DNA of 64,000 nt from an uncultured Pseudomonadales bacterium (GTDB lineage: Bacteria > Pseudomonadota > Gammaproteobacteria > Pseudomonadales > JAHEIH01): assembly GCA_964598145.1 (NCBI GenBank), contig CAZRAM010000002.1:403795-467794 (forward strand). The letters are read 5' to 3'. Below are positions 10,467 through 22,037 of this stretch, in pieces. Both the position numbers and the translations under genes were made by a program. Each line of letters starts with the position of its first letter. Positions within the stretch are counted from its first letter, which is position 1. The notes beneath the pieces are model-generated. The model was given only the letters and a program-made list of their open reading frames with translations, was not told the origin of the DNA and did not search any database.

Positions 10467-10613
10467 CGTCGCTGTCCATCAAAAAATATATCGAGCGATA
10501 ATACATGATGCCTTTCGACACTGCTAATGCCTGACCTCAAAAAATCGTAAAAAGGGCTGAAATTCCTGCCGCTTCCTTTTAAACTGAAGCCATCAATGAG
10601 ATTGGGAATGAGA

Positions 10614-11021
10614 ATGGATAACAACGAATTGCGCAAAGCGGGTCTCAAAGTCACGGTACCGCGCTTAAAAATTCTCGACGTGCTGGAAAACGCTGGCGAA
10701 GACGCCCACCTTAGCGCTGAGGATGTTTTCAAGATACTCATGGAGCAGGGCGAAGATGTCGGCCTGGCCACTGTCTATAGGGTTCTGACCCAGTTTGAAC
10801 AGGCAGGCCTAGTGACTCGTCACCACTTTGATAGTGGTCTATCCGTGTTTGAATTATCTAGCGATGATCACCACGATCATATGGTATGCACCGAAACCGG
10901 TCAGGTCGTTGAGTTCTATGACGAGACTATTGAAAAGCTACAACACGAGATCGCTGAAAAACACGGTTTCGAATTGGTAGACCACAGCCTCGTTCTCTAC
11001 GTTGTTCCCAAAAAGTCTTAG
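10614..11021 (+). CDS. fur: ferric uptake regulator Fur
   Basis: ORF trimmed to ATG 10614. MDNNELRKAGLKVTVPRLKILDVLE...GLATVYRVLTQFEQAGLV...HHDHMVC closely resembles the Pseudomonas-type Fur sequence as I recall it. Confidence 0.95.
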   Translation: MDNNELRKAGLKVTVPRLKILDVLENAGEDAHLSAEDVFKILMEQGEDVGLATVYRVLTQFEQAGLVTRHHFDSGLSVFELSSDDHHDHMVCTETGQVVEFYDETIEKLQHEIAEKHGFELVDHSLVLYVVPKKS

Positions 11022-12688
11022 TGTTGCACGTTGAGCATGGCCTTGGCGTGCGCCACGGTCTGCTCGCTAACACTGATCCCGCCGATCATTCTGGCGATTT
11101 CGACAATCTTTTCTTCATCATCAAGCTGCTGCAATTGCGTGGTCGTGCTATCGGCATGGTGTTGCTTACTCACCACCACGTGCTGATGGCCTTTCACCGC
11201 CACCTGCGCTAAGTGGGTGACACACAGCACCTGGGTATTGGCGCTCAGCTGGCGCAGCAAATTGCCCACCACTTCTGCCACGGCTCCACCAATGCCGACG
11301 TCGACTTCATCGAATACCATAGTGGCCACCGATGAGGTCTGCGCCACAATGACTTGAATCGCTAGGCTGATACGGCTCAATTCACCGCCCGAGGCGATCT
11401 TGCCTAGTGGGCCCGGGGTTTGACCTGGGTGGGTGGCGATGGTGAATTCGATCTCTTCAGCGCCGAAGGGGTGAACCGTTTGTTCCCACGCGCGTAATGT
11501 CACTTCGAAGCGGCAACCGCGCATAGAGAGCGCCTGCAGTTGTTGATTGACCTTGTCAGATAGTTGCTGGGCAGTGGTCTGCCGTGCAGCAGTTAACTGC
11601 TGTGCAAGTTGTTGATAGGTCTCGAGTGCTTGCGCGTGCTGAGCTTGTAGTGCTTCAATATTACCTCCGTCGCCTTCAAGTGCGGCGAGTTCGGCCTGCA
11701 ATTGCTGTTGTAGGTCGAGCAGTTCATAGGCTTGCACGCGGTGGCGGCGTGCCACTTGGTGAATATCATCGAGGCGTGCATCGACTTCGGCTAAGCGCTG
11801 GGGGTCCATATCGAAGCTGTCGATGCGGTGCTGTAATTCGTGGCTGGCTTCTTCGATTTGAATGCGCGCGCTTTCCAGCATCTCGAATACATCGCTCATA
11901 CCCGCGTCGTTATCCAAGTTGTCTTGTATCAAGCGGCAGGCGTGATTGAGTAAATCTAAGGCACCTTCGCCATCATCATTGCGGCAAACGGCTAGGGCGC
12001 GTTGATTGTTTTGCAGGATATCACCGGCATTGCTTAGCTGCTTGAGTTCGGCTTCGAGCGCATCTAGTTCGCCGTCCTGTAAGGCCAGCTTGTCCAATTC
12101 GTCCACTTGGTAGGTCAGCAACTGTAATTTGGCGCTGTACTCTTCTTCGTTGGCGAGGCGGGTGGCGAGCTTCTCATCGATCTGGCGGTAGGCCTTGGCT
12201 GCTTGGCGCACGTCTTCTGCCAGCGCTTGGTGCTTGCCAAAGCTGTCCAAGATAGGGCGGTGGTTCGCTTTTTTGAGCAGGGTTTGGTGTTCGTGTTGAC
12301 TGTGGATGTCGATAAGCCACTCGCCCAATTCTTGCAACTCGCGGGCGGTGACACTGCTGCCGTTGACAAAGCCGCGCGAGCGGCCCTCGGCGGTGACGAC
12401 GCGGCGCAGCAAGCACTCGTTGTGCTCATCTAACAGCTCGCGGCTCGCTAGCCATTCGCGAGCGGCGGGGATGTCGCTTACGTCAAAGCAGGCGGTCACT
12501 TCGGCTTGTTTGCATTGGTGGCGCACCACGCCTGCGTCGGCACGCGAGCCCAAGCACAGCGCCAAGGCGTCGAGCATGATCGACTTGCCGGCACCGGTTT
12601 CACCGGTAATCACCGTCATGCCTGCATCGAACTCAAGTTCAATATTTTCCGCGATGACAAAATCTTTGACGCTCAAATGTAGCAACAT
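11018..12688 (-). CDS. recN: DNA repair protein RecN
   Basis: ORF-track ORF 11018..13243 trimmed to ATG 12688 (MLLHLSVKDFVIAENIELEFDAGMTVITGETGAGKS), with GGAGG just upstream. 556 aa, the SMC-like RecN length. A LexA box lies upstream. Confidence 0.95.
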   Translation of the reverse strand: MLLHLSVKDFVIAENIELEFDAGMTVITGETGAGKSIMLDALALCLGSRADAGVVRHQCKQAEVTACFDVSDIPAAREWLASRELLDEHNECLLRRVVTAEGRSRGFVNGSSVTARELQELGEWLIDIHSQHEHQTLLKKANHRPILDSFGKHQALAEDVRQAAKAYRQIDEKLATRLANEEEYSAKLQLLTYQVDELDKLALQDGELDALEAELKQLSNAGDILQNNQRALAVCRNDDGEGALDLLNHACRLIQDNLDNDAGMSDVFEMLESARIQIEEASHELQHRIDSFDMDPQRLAEVDARLDDIHQVARRHRVQAYELLDLQQQLQAELAALEGDGGNIEALQAQHAQALETYQQLAQQLTAARQTTAQQLSDKVNQQLQALSMRGCRFEVTLRAWEQTVHPFGAEEIEFTIATHPGQTPGPLGKIASGGELSRISLAIQVIVAQTSSVATMVFDEVDVGIGGAVAEVVGNLLRQLSANTQVLCVTHLAQVAVKGHQHVVVSKQHHADSTTTQLQQLDDEEKIVEIARMIGGISVSEQTVAHAKAMLNVQH

Positions 12689-12714
12689 AACCGCCTCCTG
12701 TTTTTGTCTAGTAT

Positions 12715-12730
12715 ATGTATATTTATACAG
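12715..12730. promoter_or_regulatory. LexA (SOS) box upstream of recN
   Basis: The minus strand reads CTGTATAAATATACAT (CTG-N10-CAT), one mismatch from the CTG-N10-CAG core. It lies 27-42 nt upstream of the recN ATG and is flanked by TTGCGC, a possible -35. Confidence 0.7.
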
Positions 12731-12774
12731 TGCGCAAGATGTCCTTCCGGCCAGTGACATTTTTTTACATTTTT

Positions 12775-12805
12775 CCCTTGAAATGCTTCGGGTCATCCCC
12801 ACATA
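12775..12805 (+). promoter_or_regulatory. sigma-32 (heat-shock) promoter of grpE
   Basis: CCCTTGAAA (12775-12783), 13 nt, then CCCCACATA (12797-12805). This matches the sigma-32 consensus CTTGAAA-N13-15-CCCCATNT. Confidence 0.7.
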
Positions 12806-12851
12806 GCTGACATGGATATTTTTACATTCACCTCTGGCCGGAGATCTCAAG

Positions 12852-13415
12852 GTGACAGTTGAAGAAAACAAACAACACGACGAACAGCTCGACCAACCCG
12901 TGGAAGAGCAAGTAGAAGCAAGCCTCGACGAGGACACCCTCGAGGGTGATGTGTCGGCGCTACAAGCCGAACTTGATGCCGTGCGCGACGAACTCGCCAA
13001 CATGAAAGAGCACAGCTTGCGTGCTCTGGCAGAGGCGCAGAACATTAAACGCCGCGCAGAAATCGACGTTGAAAATGCGCGTAAATACGGCGCTGAAAAA
13101 ATTATCTCTGAGTTGCTGCCCGTGGTGGATAACCTCGAGCGCGCGCTGCAAGCGGCAGACGCGGACATCGAGGGTATTAAGCCGGTGCTGGAAGGCGTGG
13201 AGTTGACCCTGAAAGGCTTCGTGGATGCGCTGGGTAAGAGCAACGTGGAAATCGTCGACCCTCACGGCGAGCCCTTCGACCCCGAAGTACATCAAGCGAT
13301 GACGATGATCGATAGCCCCGATGCCGAGCCCAATAGCGTAGTGGCGGTGATGCAGAAAGGCTACCGCCTAAATGGACGCCTGTTGCGCCCTGCGATGGTT
13401 GTCGTCGCAAAATAA
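12852..13415 (+). CDS. grpE: nucleotide exchange factor GrpE
   Basis: 187 aa with a GTG start. Acidic N-terminus, coiled-coil region and the GrpE C-terminal block HQAMTMIDSPDAEPNSVVAVMQKGYRLNGRLLRPAMVVV. Confidence 0.95.
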   Translation: MTVEENKQHDEQLDQPVEEQVEASLDEDTLEGDVSALQAELDAVRDELANMKEHSLRALAEAQNIKRRAEIDVENARKYGAEKIISELLPVVDNLERALQAADADIEGIKPVLEGVELTLKGFVDALGKSNVEIVDPHGEPFDPEVHQAMTMIDSPDAEPNSVVAVMQKGYRLNGRLLRPAMVVVAK

Positions 13416-13447
13416 GCAAATTTTTTTAAAAACCACACTTGAAATAC

Positions 13448-13476
13448 GAGAATTCAAACTTATATAGAAATCAACA
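13448..13476 (+). promoter_or_regulatory. candidate sigma-32 promoter of dnaK
   Basis: CTTGAAA (13448-13454), 14 nt, then CTTATATA. The -35 is perfect but the -10 only partly matches CCCCATNT. Confidence 0.4.
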
Positions 13477-13550
13477 GCAAGAACCACCGCCCTGGAGCAA
13501 CCAACCCCAGATTCCCGCGGTACGCTGAACTGATTTAACTGGAGAAAGAA

Positions 13551-15473
13551 ATGGGTAAAATTATTGGTATTGACTTGGGCACCACTAACTCGTGTGTATC
13601 TGTACTCGAAGGTGGCAAGGCTAAAGTTATCGAAAACAGCGAAGGCGATCGTACTACTCCCTCGATCATTGCTTACACCGCTGACAATGAAATTCTGGTA
13701 GGCCAGTCGGCGAAGCGCCAAGCTGTGACCAACCCCGCCAACACACTGTTTGCTGTCAAGCGTTTGATCGGCCGTCGTTTTAAAGACGACGTCGTTCAAA
13801 AAGACATCTCAATGGTGCCTTACAAAATCGTTGAGCACGACAACGGCGACGCATGGGTGGAAGTGAAAGACAACAAGTTGTCACCTCCACAAATTTCAGC
13901 CGAAGTGTTGAAGAAAATGAAGAAAACCGCCGAGGAATACCTGGGCGAAGCGGTCACCGAGGCGGTAGTTACTGTACCTGCGTACTTTAATGACTCGCAG
14001 CGTCAGGCGACCAAAGACGCCGGTAAAATTGCTGGTCTGAACGTTCGTCGTATCATCAACGAGCCCACCGCGGCGGCGTTGGCTTACGGCATGGACAAAG
14101 CGCAAGGCGACCGCACCATCGCGGTATACGACTTGGGTGGTGGTACCTTCGATATTTCAATCATCGAGATTGCTGAAGTCGATGGCGAGCACCAGTTCGA
14201 AGTACTGTCGACCAACGGCGACACCTTCTTGGGTGGTGAGGACTTTGACCTGCGTTTGATCGAATACCTCGCCGCGGAGTTCAAAAAGGACAGCGGTATC
14301 GATCTGCACAACGACCCACTGGCGTTGCAGCGTTTGAAAGAAGCGGCTGAAAAAGCCAAGATCGAACTGTCTTCGTCACAGCAGACTGAGGTGAATCTGC
14401 CTTATATTACTGCTGACGCGACCGGTCCCAAGCACTTGGTTGTAAAACTGAGCCGCGCCAAACTGGAATCGCTGGTTGAAGAATTGGTTACTCGCTCGCT
14501 GGAGCCCGTGCGCACTGCGCTGCAAGATGCTGGCTTGAGCACCTCAGAAGTTGACGATGTCATCTTGGTGGGTGGTCAGACTCGTATGCCTATGGTGCAG
14601 GCGAAAGTGGCTGAGTTCTTTGGTAAAGAGCCTCGCCGTGACGTCAACCCCGATGAAGCAGTAGCGATGGGCGCCTCTATCCAAGGTGCAGTGTTGGCAG
14701 GCGACGTGAAAGACGTATTGCTGCTGGACGTAACCCCTCTGACCCTGGGTATTGAAACCATGGGTGGCGTGGCGACCGCACTGATCGAGAAAAACACCAC
14801 GATTCCCACCAAAAAATCACAGGTGTTCTCAACTGCGGAAGACAACCAGTCTGCCGTGACCATTCACGTGGTACAGGGCGAGCGCAAGCAAGCCGCGCAG
14901 AACAAGTCACTGGGTCGTTTCGACCTGGCCGACATTCCAGCCGCGCCTCGTGGTATGCCTCAGATCGAAGTGACCTTCGACTTGAACGCTGACGGTATCT
15001 TGAACGTGTCTGCTAAAGACAAGGCCACCGGTAAAGAACAGTCGATCCGTATCACCGCGTCGAGTGGTTTGTCGGATGACGAGATCGAGAAGATGATTCG
15101 CGACGCCGAGGCCAACGCTGATGCTGACAAAGCGTTCGAAGAGGTGGTGCAAGCGCGCAACACCTTGGAAGGTTTGATCCACGCGACCAAGAAAACCTTG
15201 GAAGAAGCGGGCGACAAAGCGACTGAAGAAGAGAAAACCGCCATCAATGCGGCGCTGGAAGAGGCTGAAACTGCCGCTAAAGGTAACGATAAAGCGGCGA
15301 TGGAAGCGGCGACTCAGAAGCTGACTGAAGCCTCTGGTAGCCTGGCGCAGAAGATGTACGCCGAGCAACAAGCCCAGCAAGCAGAGGGCGGCGCTGAGCA
15401 GCAAGCCGACAACGCGGCAGACGACAACGTCGTTGATGCCGAGTTTGAAGAAGTGAAAGACGACAAGAAGTAA
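13551..15473 (+). CDS. dnaK: molecular chaperone DnaK (Hsp70)
   Basis: 640 aa beginning [16 protein letters not shown], containing DLGGGTFD and ending in an acidic EEVKDDKK tail. Confidence 0.98.
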   Translation: MGKIIGIDLGTTNSCVSVLEGGKAKVIENSEGDRTTPSIIAYTADNEILVGQSAKRQAVTNPANTLFAVKRLIGRRFKDDVVQKDISMVPYKIVEHDNGDAWVEVKDNKLSPPQISAEVLKKMKKTAEEYLGEAVTEAVVTVPAYFNDSQRQATKDAGKIAGLNVRRIINEPTAAALAYGMDKAQGDRTIAVYDLGGGTFDISIIEIAEVDGEHQFEVLSTNGDTFLGGEDFDLRLIEYLAAEFKKDSGIDLHNDPLALQRLKEAAEKAKIELSSSQQTEVNLPYITADATGPKHLVVKLSRAKLESLVEELVTRSLEPVRTALQDAGLSTSEVDDVILVGGQTRMPMVQAKVAEFFGKEPRRDVNPDEAVAMGASIQGAVLAGDVKDVLLLDVTPLTLGIETMGGVATALIEKNTTIPTKKSQVFSTAEDNQSAVTIHVVQGERKQAAQNKSLGRFDLADIPAAPRGMPQIEVTFDLNADGILNVSAKDKATGKEQSIRITASSGLSDDEIEKMIRDAEANADADKAFEEVVQARNTLEGLIHATKKTLEEAGDKATEEEKTAINAALEEAETAAKGNDKAAMEAATQKLTEASGSLAQKMYAEQQAQQAEGGAEQQADNAADDNVVDAEFEEVKDDKK

Positions 15474-15544
15474 TTCGACCGTCGCGACAAGGCGCGGGGC
15501 CTTGCTCTATAATGCCCCGTTCCGTCGTACTTCGAAGAACAGCG

Positions 15545-15579
15545 GAGGTTTGGCGAGCTCGTCAAACCTCTTCTTTTTT
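15545..15579 (+). terminator. intercistronic hairpin + U-tract between dnaK and dnaJ (partial terminator/attenuator)
   Basis: Stem gaggtttg/caaacctc with a 10-nt loop, followed by ttctttttt. Located inside the 138-nt dnaK-dnaJ spacer. Confidence 0.6.
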
Positions 15580-15611
15580 CTGCCGACAGCAGTGAGATAG
15601 GTTAACAACAC

Positions 15612-16742
15612 ATGTCAAAACGCGATTACTACGAAGTCTTGGGTGTCCAGAAGGGCGTCGACGAAAAGGAGCTGAAAAAAGCCTATCGTCGAATCGCCAT
15701 GAAGTACCACCCCGACCGCAACCCCGATGACCCGAATGCCGACGAGAAGTTTAAGGAGGCAACCGAGGCCTACGAGGTTCTGTCCGATTCACAAAAACGC
15801 GCTGCCTACGACCAATTTGGTCACGCCGGTGTCAACCAGCAAGGTGGTGGCGGTGGTTTCGGCGGTGGCGAGAACTTCAGCGATATCTTTGGTGATGTGT
15901 TCGGCGACATTTTCGGCGGTGGCCGTTCCAACCGTCGCAGTGGCCCGCGTCGCGGTTCCGATCTGGCGTATACGCTAGAGCTCGACCTTGAAGAAGCGGT
16001 TAAAGGCACCACCGTCAAAATCAACGTGCCCCGCATGACCCACTGTAAGACCTGTGATGGCAGCGGTGCTAAGAAGGGCTCAACCCCGGTCAACTGCAAC
16101 ACCTGTGGCGGTGTTGGTCAGGTGCGCATGCAGCAGGGCTTTTTCTCTGTTCAGCAAACATGCCCCACCTGTCGTGGCAAGGGCAAAACCATTACCGATC
16201 CCTGTAACAGCTGTCACGGCCAAGGCTTGGTGGAAGAGACCCGCAACCTGTCGGTGAAAGTTCCCGCCGGTGTTGATACCGGTGACCGTATTCGTCTCTC
16301 TGGCGAGGGCGAAGCGGGCCCCGAGGGCGGCCCAAGTGGTGACCTGTTTGTACAAGTTGTCGTGCGCGATCACAATATCTTCCAGCGCGATGGCAAGCAT
16401 CTGTACTGCGAAGTGCCGATCAGTTTTGCCGATGCTGCCTTAGGTGGTGAGCTAGAAGTCCCCACCTTGGATGGACGCGTGAAATTGAAGATTCCCGCCG
16501 AGACTCAAACCGGTAAGTTATTCCGTCTACGCGGCAAGGGTGTGACCCCCGTGCGCGGAGGCAGCGTGGGTGATTTGATGTGCCGCGTGGTGGTGGAGAC
16601 TCCGGTCAACCTAAGCAAGCGTCAACGCGAACTGCTAGAAGAGTTTCAAACGACCCTGCAAGAGGGTGGTAAAAAACAATCGCCGCAGAAAGACGGTTGG
16701 TTCGAAGGGGTGAAAAACTTCTTCGACGACATGAAAATATAG
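15612..16742 (+). CDS. dnaJ: molecular chaperone DnaJ (Hsp40)
   Basis: J domain (DYYEVLGV...YHPDRNP), a G/F-rich region and four CxxCxGxG zinc-finger repeats. Confidence 0.98.
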   Translation: MSKRDYYEVLGVQKGVDEKELKKAYRRIAMKYHPDRNPDDPNADEKFKEATEAYEVLSDSQKRAAYDQFGHAGVNQQGGGGGFGGGENFSDIFGDVFGDIFGGGRSNRRSGPRRGSDLAYTLELDLEEAVKGTTVKINVPRMTHCKTCDGSGAKKGSTPVNCNTCGGVGQVRMQQGFFSVQQTCPTCRGKGKTITDPCNSCHGQGLVEETRNLSVKVPAGVDTGDRIRLSGEGEAGPEGGPSGDLFVQVVVRDHNIFQRDGKHLYCEVPISFADAALGGELEVPTLDGRVKLKIPAETQTGKLFRLRGKGVTPVRGGSVGDLMCRVVVETPVNLSKRQRELLEEFQTTLQEGGKKQSPQKDGWFEGVKNFFDDMKI

Positions 16743-16747
16743 GTTAA

Positions 16748-17563
<816 letters not shown>

Positions 17564-17580
17564 GCTGCTCGCACAGATCT

Positions 17581-17606
17581 CAAATGGCGCTTCGGCGCCA
17601 TTTTTT
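17581..17606 (+). terminator. Rho-independent terminator after dapB
   Basis: Stem aaatggcgc/gcgccattt with loop ttcg, followed by a T-run. Confidence 0.8.
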
Positions 17607-17678
17607 TCGCTCTTGACTGAATGCATTAAGTTGTTTAGTTTTAGGGGAAACAATTAAAAAGTATGATGAGCAAGCGCT

Positions 17679-18740
17679 ATGGAAAAGCATAAATGGACGT
17701 TGAAATCCCTCGCCAAGGAACTCGGCGTTTCCATCGCCACCATGTCTAATGCCTACAACCGGCCTGATCAACTTTCAGCAAGTCTGCGCGAAAGGTTGCT
17801 AGCCCAAGCAAGCGCGCTTGGCTACAACGGCCCCAGCGCGGCTGCCAGCAGCCTGCGCACCGGCCGCACCGGTGTCATCGGTGTGATGATCTCCCACCCG
17901 CTCAGCTATAGTTTCATTGACCCTGTGGCGGGCATGTTCTTAGAGGGCGTGTCGCGTGAGTTAGAAGCAAAGGGTATGAGCATGTTGCTGCTGTCGTCTC
18001 GGTTAGAGCAGGAGGCCCTAGCAGGTCATGTCTCGCTGGTGGATGGCTTTATTATCTATGGCCCGCCGCTGCCTTCGATTGCCAATTTTATGCGCCGTCA
18101 AGCCAAACCCATCGTTACCGTCGATTTCGAAATGGACGATGTACCCGCCGTGACTGTGGATGATTTTGGGGGCTGTTTCAACTTGGCACGCTACGGCACC
18201 GAACAAGGTCAACGCGTGGCGGTGATTGGTCTGCGCTTATTCGACAGCGATAAGGTCGAAAATGCCGAGGGCAAGGAACTCTTGGATGACCACTACATCA
18301 CCATTAAGCGCTTGGAGGGCTTCCGTGCGGGGGCAGCACACAATGGCATTGTTATCGAAGACAAAGATATTTGGTGTGCCCCTGAAAACTTGCACATTTA
18401 TGGCCGTGAAGTGGCGGAAAAACTGTTTGCGCAAGACGACTACCCCAATGTGGTGATGTGCATGAGCGATAGGCTCGCGCTGGCCGCAATTGAAGTCGCC
18501 CGCGAAAAGAAACTCAATGTACCTAAAGATGTCAAAATCAGTGGCTTCGACGATATTCCTGAATCCAAACGCAGCTTCCCCAGCCTAACAACGGTGACGC
18601 AGCAGTGCCAGTTGAAAGGACAAATGGCTGCGCAGATGTTCACCGGCGAACGCGAGATGGCCTCGGTTGAATTAGAAACCCAAGTGCAATTCCGTATGAG
18701 CTATTTAATGCCCATCAAGCGCGTCAAGGACATCCTATGA
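17679..18740 (+). CDS. LacI-family transcriptional regulator
   Basis: 353 aa with an N-terminal HTH ([20 protein letters not shown]) and a periplasmic-binding-protein-like sugar-binding core. The stop overlaps the glpK ATG (ATGA). Confidence 0.85.
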   Translation: MEKHKWTLKSLAKELGVSIATMSNAYNRPDQLSASLRERLLAQASALGYNGPSAAASSLRTGRTGVIGVMISHPLSYSFIDPVAGMFLEGVSRELEAKGMSMLLLSSRLEQEALAGHVSLVDGFIIYGPPLPSIANFMRRQAKPIVTVDFEMDDVPAVTVDDFGGCFNLARYGTEQGQRVAVIGLRLFDSDKVENAEGKELLDDHYITIKRLEGFRAGAAHNGIVIEDKDIWCAPENLHIYGREVAEKLFAQDDYPNVVMCMSDRLALAAIEVAREKKLNVPKDVKISGFDDIPESKRSFPSLTTVTQQCQLKGQMAAQMFTGEREMASVELETQVQFRMSYLMPIKRVKDIL

Positions 18741-20215
18741 GCAAACGATTAGCGGTACTCGCCATTGATCAAGGGACCACCAGCAGTCGCGCGATGGTGT
18801 TCGATCAGACGACGGCGGTTGTCGCTACGGCACAGACTGAATTCGCGCAATTTTACCCCGCCGATGGCTGGGTGGAACACGACCCGGAAGAGATTTGGTC
18901 GACTACCTTAGCGGTGACTCAGCAGGCTTACGCCGCGTCCAACGATGTCGATATCGTTGCCCTAGGTATTACCAATCAACGTGAAACGACCGTGGTGTGG
19001 GATCGCGCGACCGGTGAACCCATCTATCCGGCCATCGTATGGCAGGATCGCCGCACCGCCGATGTGTGTCGGCAACTGGCGGCCGAGGGGCATGCCGCTG
19101 AGGTACAGCAAAAGACCGGCCTGCTACTGGATCCCTATTTTTCAGCCACCAAAGTGGCGTGGATCCTCGACCATGTCGAGGGCGCGCGCGACCGTGCCGA
19201 GCGCGGTGAGTTGGCATTTGGCACTATCGATAGCTTCCTGATATGGCGTCTAACTGACGGTGCGGTGCACGCTACCGATGCCACTAATGCCAGCCGAACA
19301 AGCTTATACAACATCCACAGCGGCGAGTGGGATGAGGGCTTATTAGCGATGTTCCGCGTGCCGGCGGCGATTTTGCCTGTGGTGAAAAATTGTGACGACG
19401 ACTACGGTGTTACCGCCCCTGGCCTATTACCCACCGCATTACCAATCCGCGGCGTGGCAGGCGATCAACAAGCCGCGTCGCTGGGTCAGTGTTGCTTTGC
19501 TGCGGGCGATATCAAAAGTACTTACGGTACGGGTTGTTTTGTGTTGCTGAACACCGGTGAGCAGGCGGTGTCCTCCAATAACCAACTGCTGACTACCGTG
19601 GCATACCAGTTGGATGGCGTGCGCCACTTCGCGCTGGAGGGGTCGATTTTTATCGCCGGTGCCGCGGTGCAGTGGTTGCGCGATGGTTTGAAAATGATTC
19701 AGCACGCGGGAGATACCGAATCAATGGCAGCGCAACTGGCCAGCAACGAGGGCGTCTATCTCGTGCCCGCGTTCACCGGGTTGGGAGTGCCGTATTGGCG
19801 CCCCGATATCCGCGGTGCGATCTTTGGCTTAACCCGCGCTACCGGTCCAGCACACTTTGCTCGCGCGACGTTAGAGGCGATTGGTTACCTCACCCACGAC
19901 CTGTTTGAGGCTATGGCCAAAGATGGTATCGCGCCGCGCTCGTTGCGCGTCGATGGCGGTATGGTGGCCAACGACTGGCTGTGCCAATTTCTCGCCGATG
20001 TGCTGCAGGTCGAGGTCATTCGCCCTGTGGTGTTGGAAACCACCGCGCTAGGCGCCGCCTATTTGGCGGGGCGCAGTAGTGGCGTGTATGGCGATCGCGA
20101 CGAGTTTGCCAAGCAATGGCAGCGACAGCGACAATTTTCTCCTCAGTACGACGATGCTCAGCGCCAGCAGTGGCTGGTAGGTTGGCGCCGCGCCATACAA
20201 CAGTTGCTGAGTTAA
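18737..20215 (+). CDS. glpK: glycerol kinase
   Basis: 492 aa. FGGY-kinase blocks [29 protein letters not shown] and [11 protein letters not shown]. Confidence 0.95.
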   Translation: MSKRLAVLAIDQGTTSSRAMVFDQTTAVVATAQTEFAQFYPADGWVEHDPEEIWSTTLAVTQQAYAASNDVDIVALGITNQRETTVVWDRATGEPIYPAIVWQDRRTADVCRQLAAEGHAAEVQQKTGLLLDPYFSATKVAWILDHVEGARDRAERGELAFGTIDSFLIWRLTDGAVHATDATNASRTSLYNIHSGEWDEGLLAMFRVPAAILPVVKNCDDDYGVTAPGLLPTALPIRGVAGDQQAASLGQCCFAAGDIKSTYGTGCFVLLNTGEQAVSSNNQLLTTVAYQLDGVRHFALEGSIFIAGAAVQWLRDGLKMIQHAGDTESMAAQLASNEGVYLVPAFTGLGVPYWRPDIRGAIFGLTRATGPAHFARATLEAIGYLTHDLFEAMAKDGIAPRSLRVDGGMVANDWLCQFLADVLQVEVIRPVVLETTALGAAYLAGRSSGVYGDRDEFAKQWQRQRQFSPQYDDAQRQQWLVGWRRAIQQLLS

Positions 20216-20221
20216 GCCACT

Positions 20222-21832
20222 ATGAGTTTGCGCCACACCTTTATCGAGCAGCAAAAACAGCGCATTTTCGATACCTTGGTGGTAGGCGGTGGTATTAATG
20301 GCGCGGTGTCCGCCGCGGCGCTGGCCGCCAAAGGTGCCGCCGTGGCGCTTATCGATCGCGGCGACTTTGCCGGTGAAACGAGTTCTCACTCCTCCAATTT
20401 AGCGTGGGGCGGCATCAAATACCTCGAAAGCCACGAGTACAGCCTAGTGTGGAAGTTGTGCCGCTCCCGCAATCACTTGATGCACAGTTACCCCTCAACG
20501 GTGGAAGAAATTCGTTTTGTGACGTCGATTCAGCGCGGCTTCCGCTTCCCCGCTTGGTTTATTTATCTCGGCGCTCTGGTGTATTGGGTGTTTGGCCGTT
20601 TTCAAACCCGTGCGCCTCGTTACCTCACTCCTGCGGCGCTCAAGGCACGCGATCCCAGTATCGATGTCAGCAACGTCAGTGGCGGCATCGAATACTCGGA
20701 CTGCTACTTGCACGATAACGATGCCCGTTTTGTGTGGAATTTTATCCGCACCGCCATCGACTATGGCTGTGCGGCGACAAACTACGTCGAGTTGCTCAGC
20801 AGTGAATTCCGCGATGGTCTGTGGCACTGCCAATTGCGCGACAACATCCGTGGCGAGTGTTACAGCCTGCGTGCCAAGACACTCGTAAATGCCGCCGGGC
20901 CTCAGGTGGATATGATCAACCGAGGCTTAGGGGTTACCACCACGCACCGCCACTTATTTTCAAAAGGGGTGCATTTGATCGTCGATCGCATTGGTAACGC
21001 CGATTGTATCAAAGCGTTTTTTGCTTCCGATGGGCGGTTGTTCTTTGTCATCCCGATGGGGCCGAAAACTTGCATTGGTACCACCGACACCCAAGTGGAA
21101 GACCCCGCGACAGTGGTCACCGATGAAGACCGTCGTTTCATTCTAGACAACGTAAACAGCCTACTAGACCTGCCGCGTCCGTTGACGGAAGCCGATATCA
21201 TCGCTGAGCGATGTGGTGTTCGCCCACTGGCGCTTGAGGGTAGCGATGGTGTCGCCGATTGGGTGAAACTGTCGCGCAAACACGCCATCGATGTGGATGA
21301 CGCTCTGCCGATGCTGAGCATTTTTGGTGGCAAGTTGACCGATTGCATCAACGTTGGCGAGGAAGTGGCCGCGCATATCGCCGCGCTGGGTGTCGAACTG
21401 CCAGAGCCTGAGCAGCGTTGGTACGGTGAGGCCAACGACGATGTTAAACGGGAATTCATGCACCAAGCACGCGCCATGCAGCTCGATGCCATGACGCCTA
21501 CGTCTTCCTCTGAACCACTGACCAAGCGCCTGTGGCGCCGTTACGGCAGCCATGCTCTCGAACTATTGGAGATGATTCGCGAAGACCCCGCCAATGCCCA
21601 GCTGCTGATCGAGAACGCCGAGTATCTACGCGGCGAGGTGGCGTTGGCAGCGCGCATGGAAATGATTACGACACTAGACGACTTCCTGCGTCGACGCTCC
21701 AAAATTGCGCTTGTGGTGAGGCGCGAAGACATTCTTTCGGCACCGGGTTTGATCGACGCATGCCAGCTTCTGTTTGGCGAGCAGGCCGAACAGGCATTGG
21801 CGGATTACCGCGCCCTGCAAACGTCGCACTAA
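20222..21832 (+). CDS. glpD: FAD-dependent glycerol-3-phosphate dehydrogenase
   Basis: 536 aa with FAD fold DTLVVGGGINGAVSAAALAAKG and the block SSHSSNLAWGGIKYLE. Lies immediately after glpK. Confidence 0.85.
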   Translation: MSLRHTFIEQQKQRIFDTLVVGGGINGAVSAAALAAKGAAVALIDRGDFAGETSSHSSNLAWGGIKYLESHEYSLVWKLCRSRNHLMHSYPSTVEEIRFVTSIQRGFRFPAWFIYLGALVYWVFGRFQTRAPRYLTPAALKARDPSIDVSNVSGGIEYSDCYLHDNDARFVWNFIRTAIDYGCAATNYVELLSSEFRDGLWHCQLRDNIRGECYSLRAKTLVNAAGPQVDMINRGLGVTTTHRHLFSKGVHLIVDRIGNADCIKAFFASDGRLFFVIPMGPKTCIGTTDTQVEDPATVVTDEDRRFILDNVNSLLDLPRPLTEADIIAERCGVRPLALEGSDGVADWVKLSRKHAIDVDDALPMLSIFGGKLTDCINVGEEVAAHIAALGVELPEPEQRWYGEANDDVKREFMHQARAMQLDAMTPTSSSEPLTKRLWRRYGSHALELLEMIREDPANAQLLIENAEYLRGEVALAARMEMITTLDDFLRRRSKIALVVRREDILSAPGLIDACQLLFGEQAEQALADYRALQTSH

Positions 21833-22037
21833 ACTTTTTTCTCTGCGCCCGCTAGCGCTGGGTTTTAAGAGCTACTGTAAACCTTTTCTATTCACCGGCC
21901 TTATAGGTCCTATAAATACTGCGCATCATGCCGCGCGAGCTATTGGCGTATAATTCCCTACCAAGGCTACCAGGGAAAGGTGGTGTCAGGAGTGATGGAT
22001 TACCCAATCACGGAAACAGTTACAGTGGAGAAAAACT

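Noticed and set aside
10494-10512. GATAAT-containing stretch upstream of fur as a possible autoregulatory Fur box
   Set aside because: Only the first hexamer matches, and the rest diverges from GATAATGATAATCATTATC.
12689-13243. 185-codon N-terminal extension of the recN ORF (the track lists recN as 741 aa)
   Set aside because: The extension runs antisense through the grpE gene and the divergent promoter region. It is Ser/Ala/Cys-rich low complexity. The canonical RecN N-terminus with an RBS starts at 12688.
14907-15404. 165-aa ORF antisense to dnaK, plus several other antisense ORFs in dnaK
   Set aside because: Long antisense ORFs within hsp70 genes are a known compositional artefact. There are no start signals, and the dnaK frame is unambiguous.
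20902-21525. 207-aa ORF antisense to glpD. Similar cases are 16844-17407 in dapB, 30827-31498 in the amylase gene, 56549-57130 across the hypothetical/receptor genes, and 43383-43865 in the M20 gene.
   Set aside because: All lie inside genes with strong family motifs on the other strand. They have biased low-complexity translations and no RBS.
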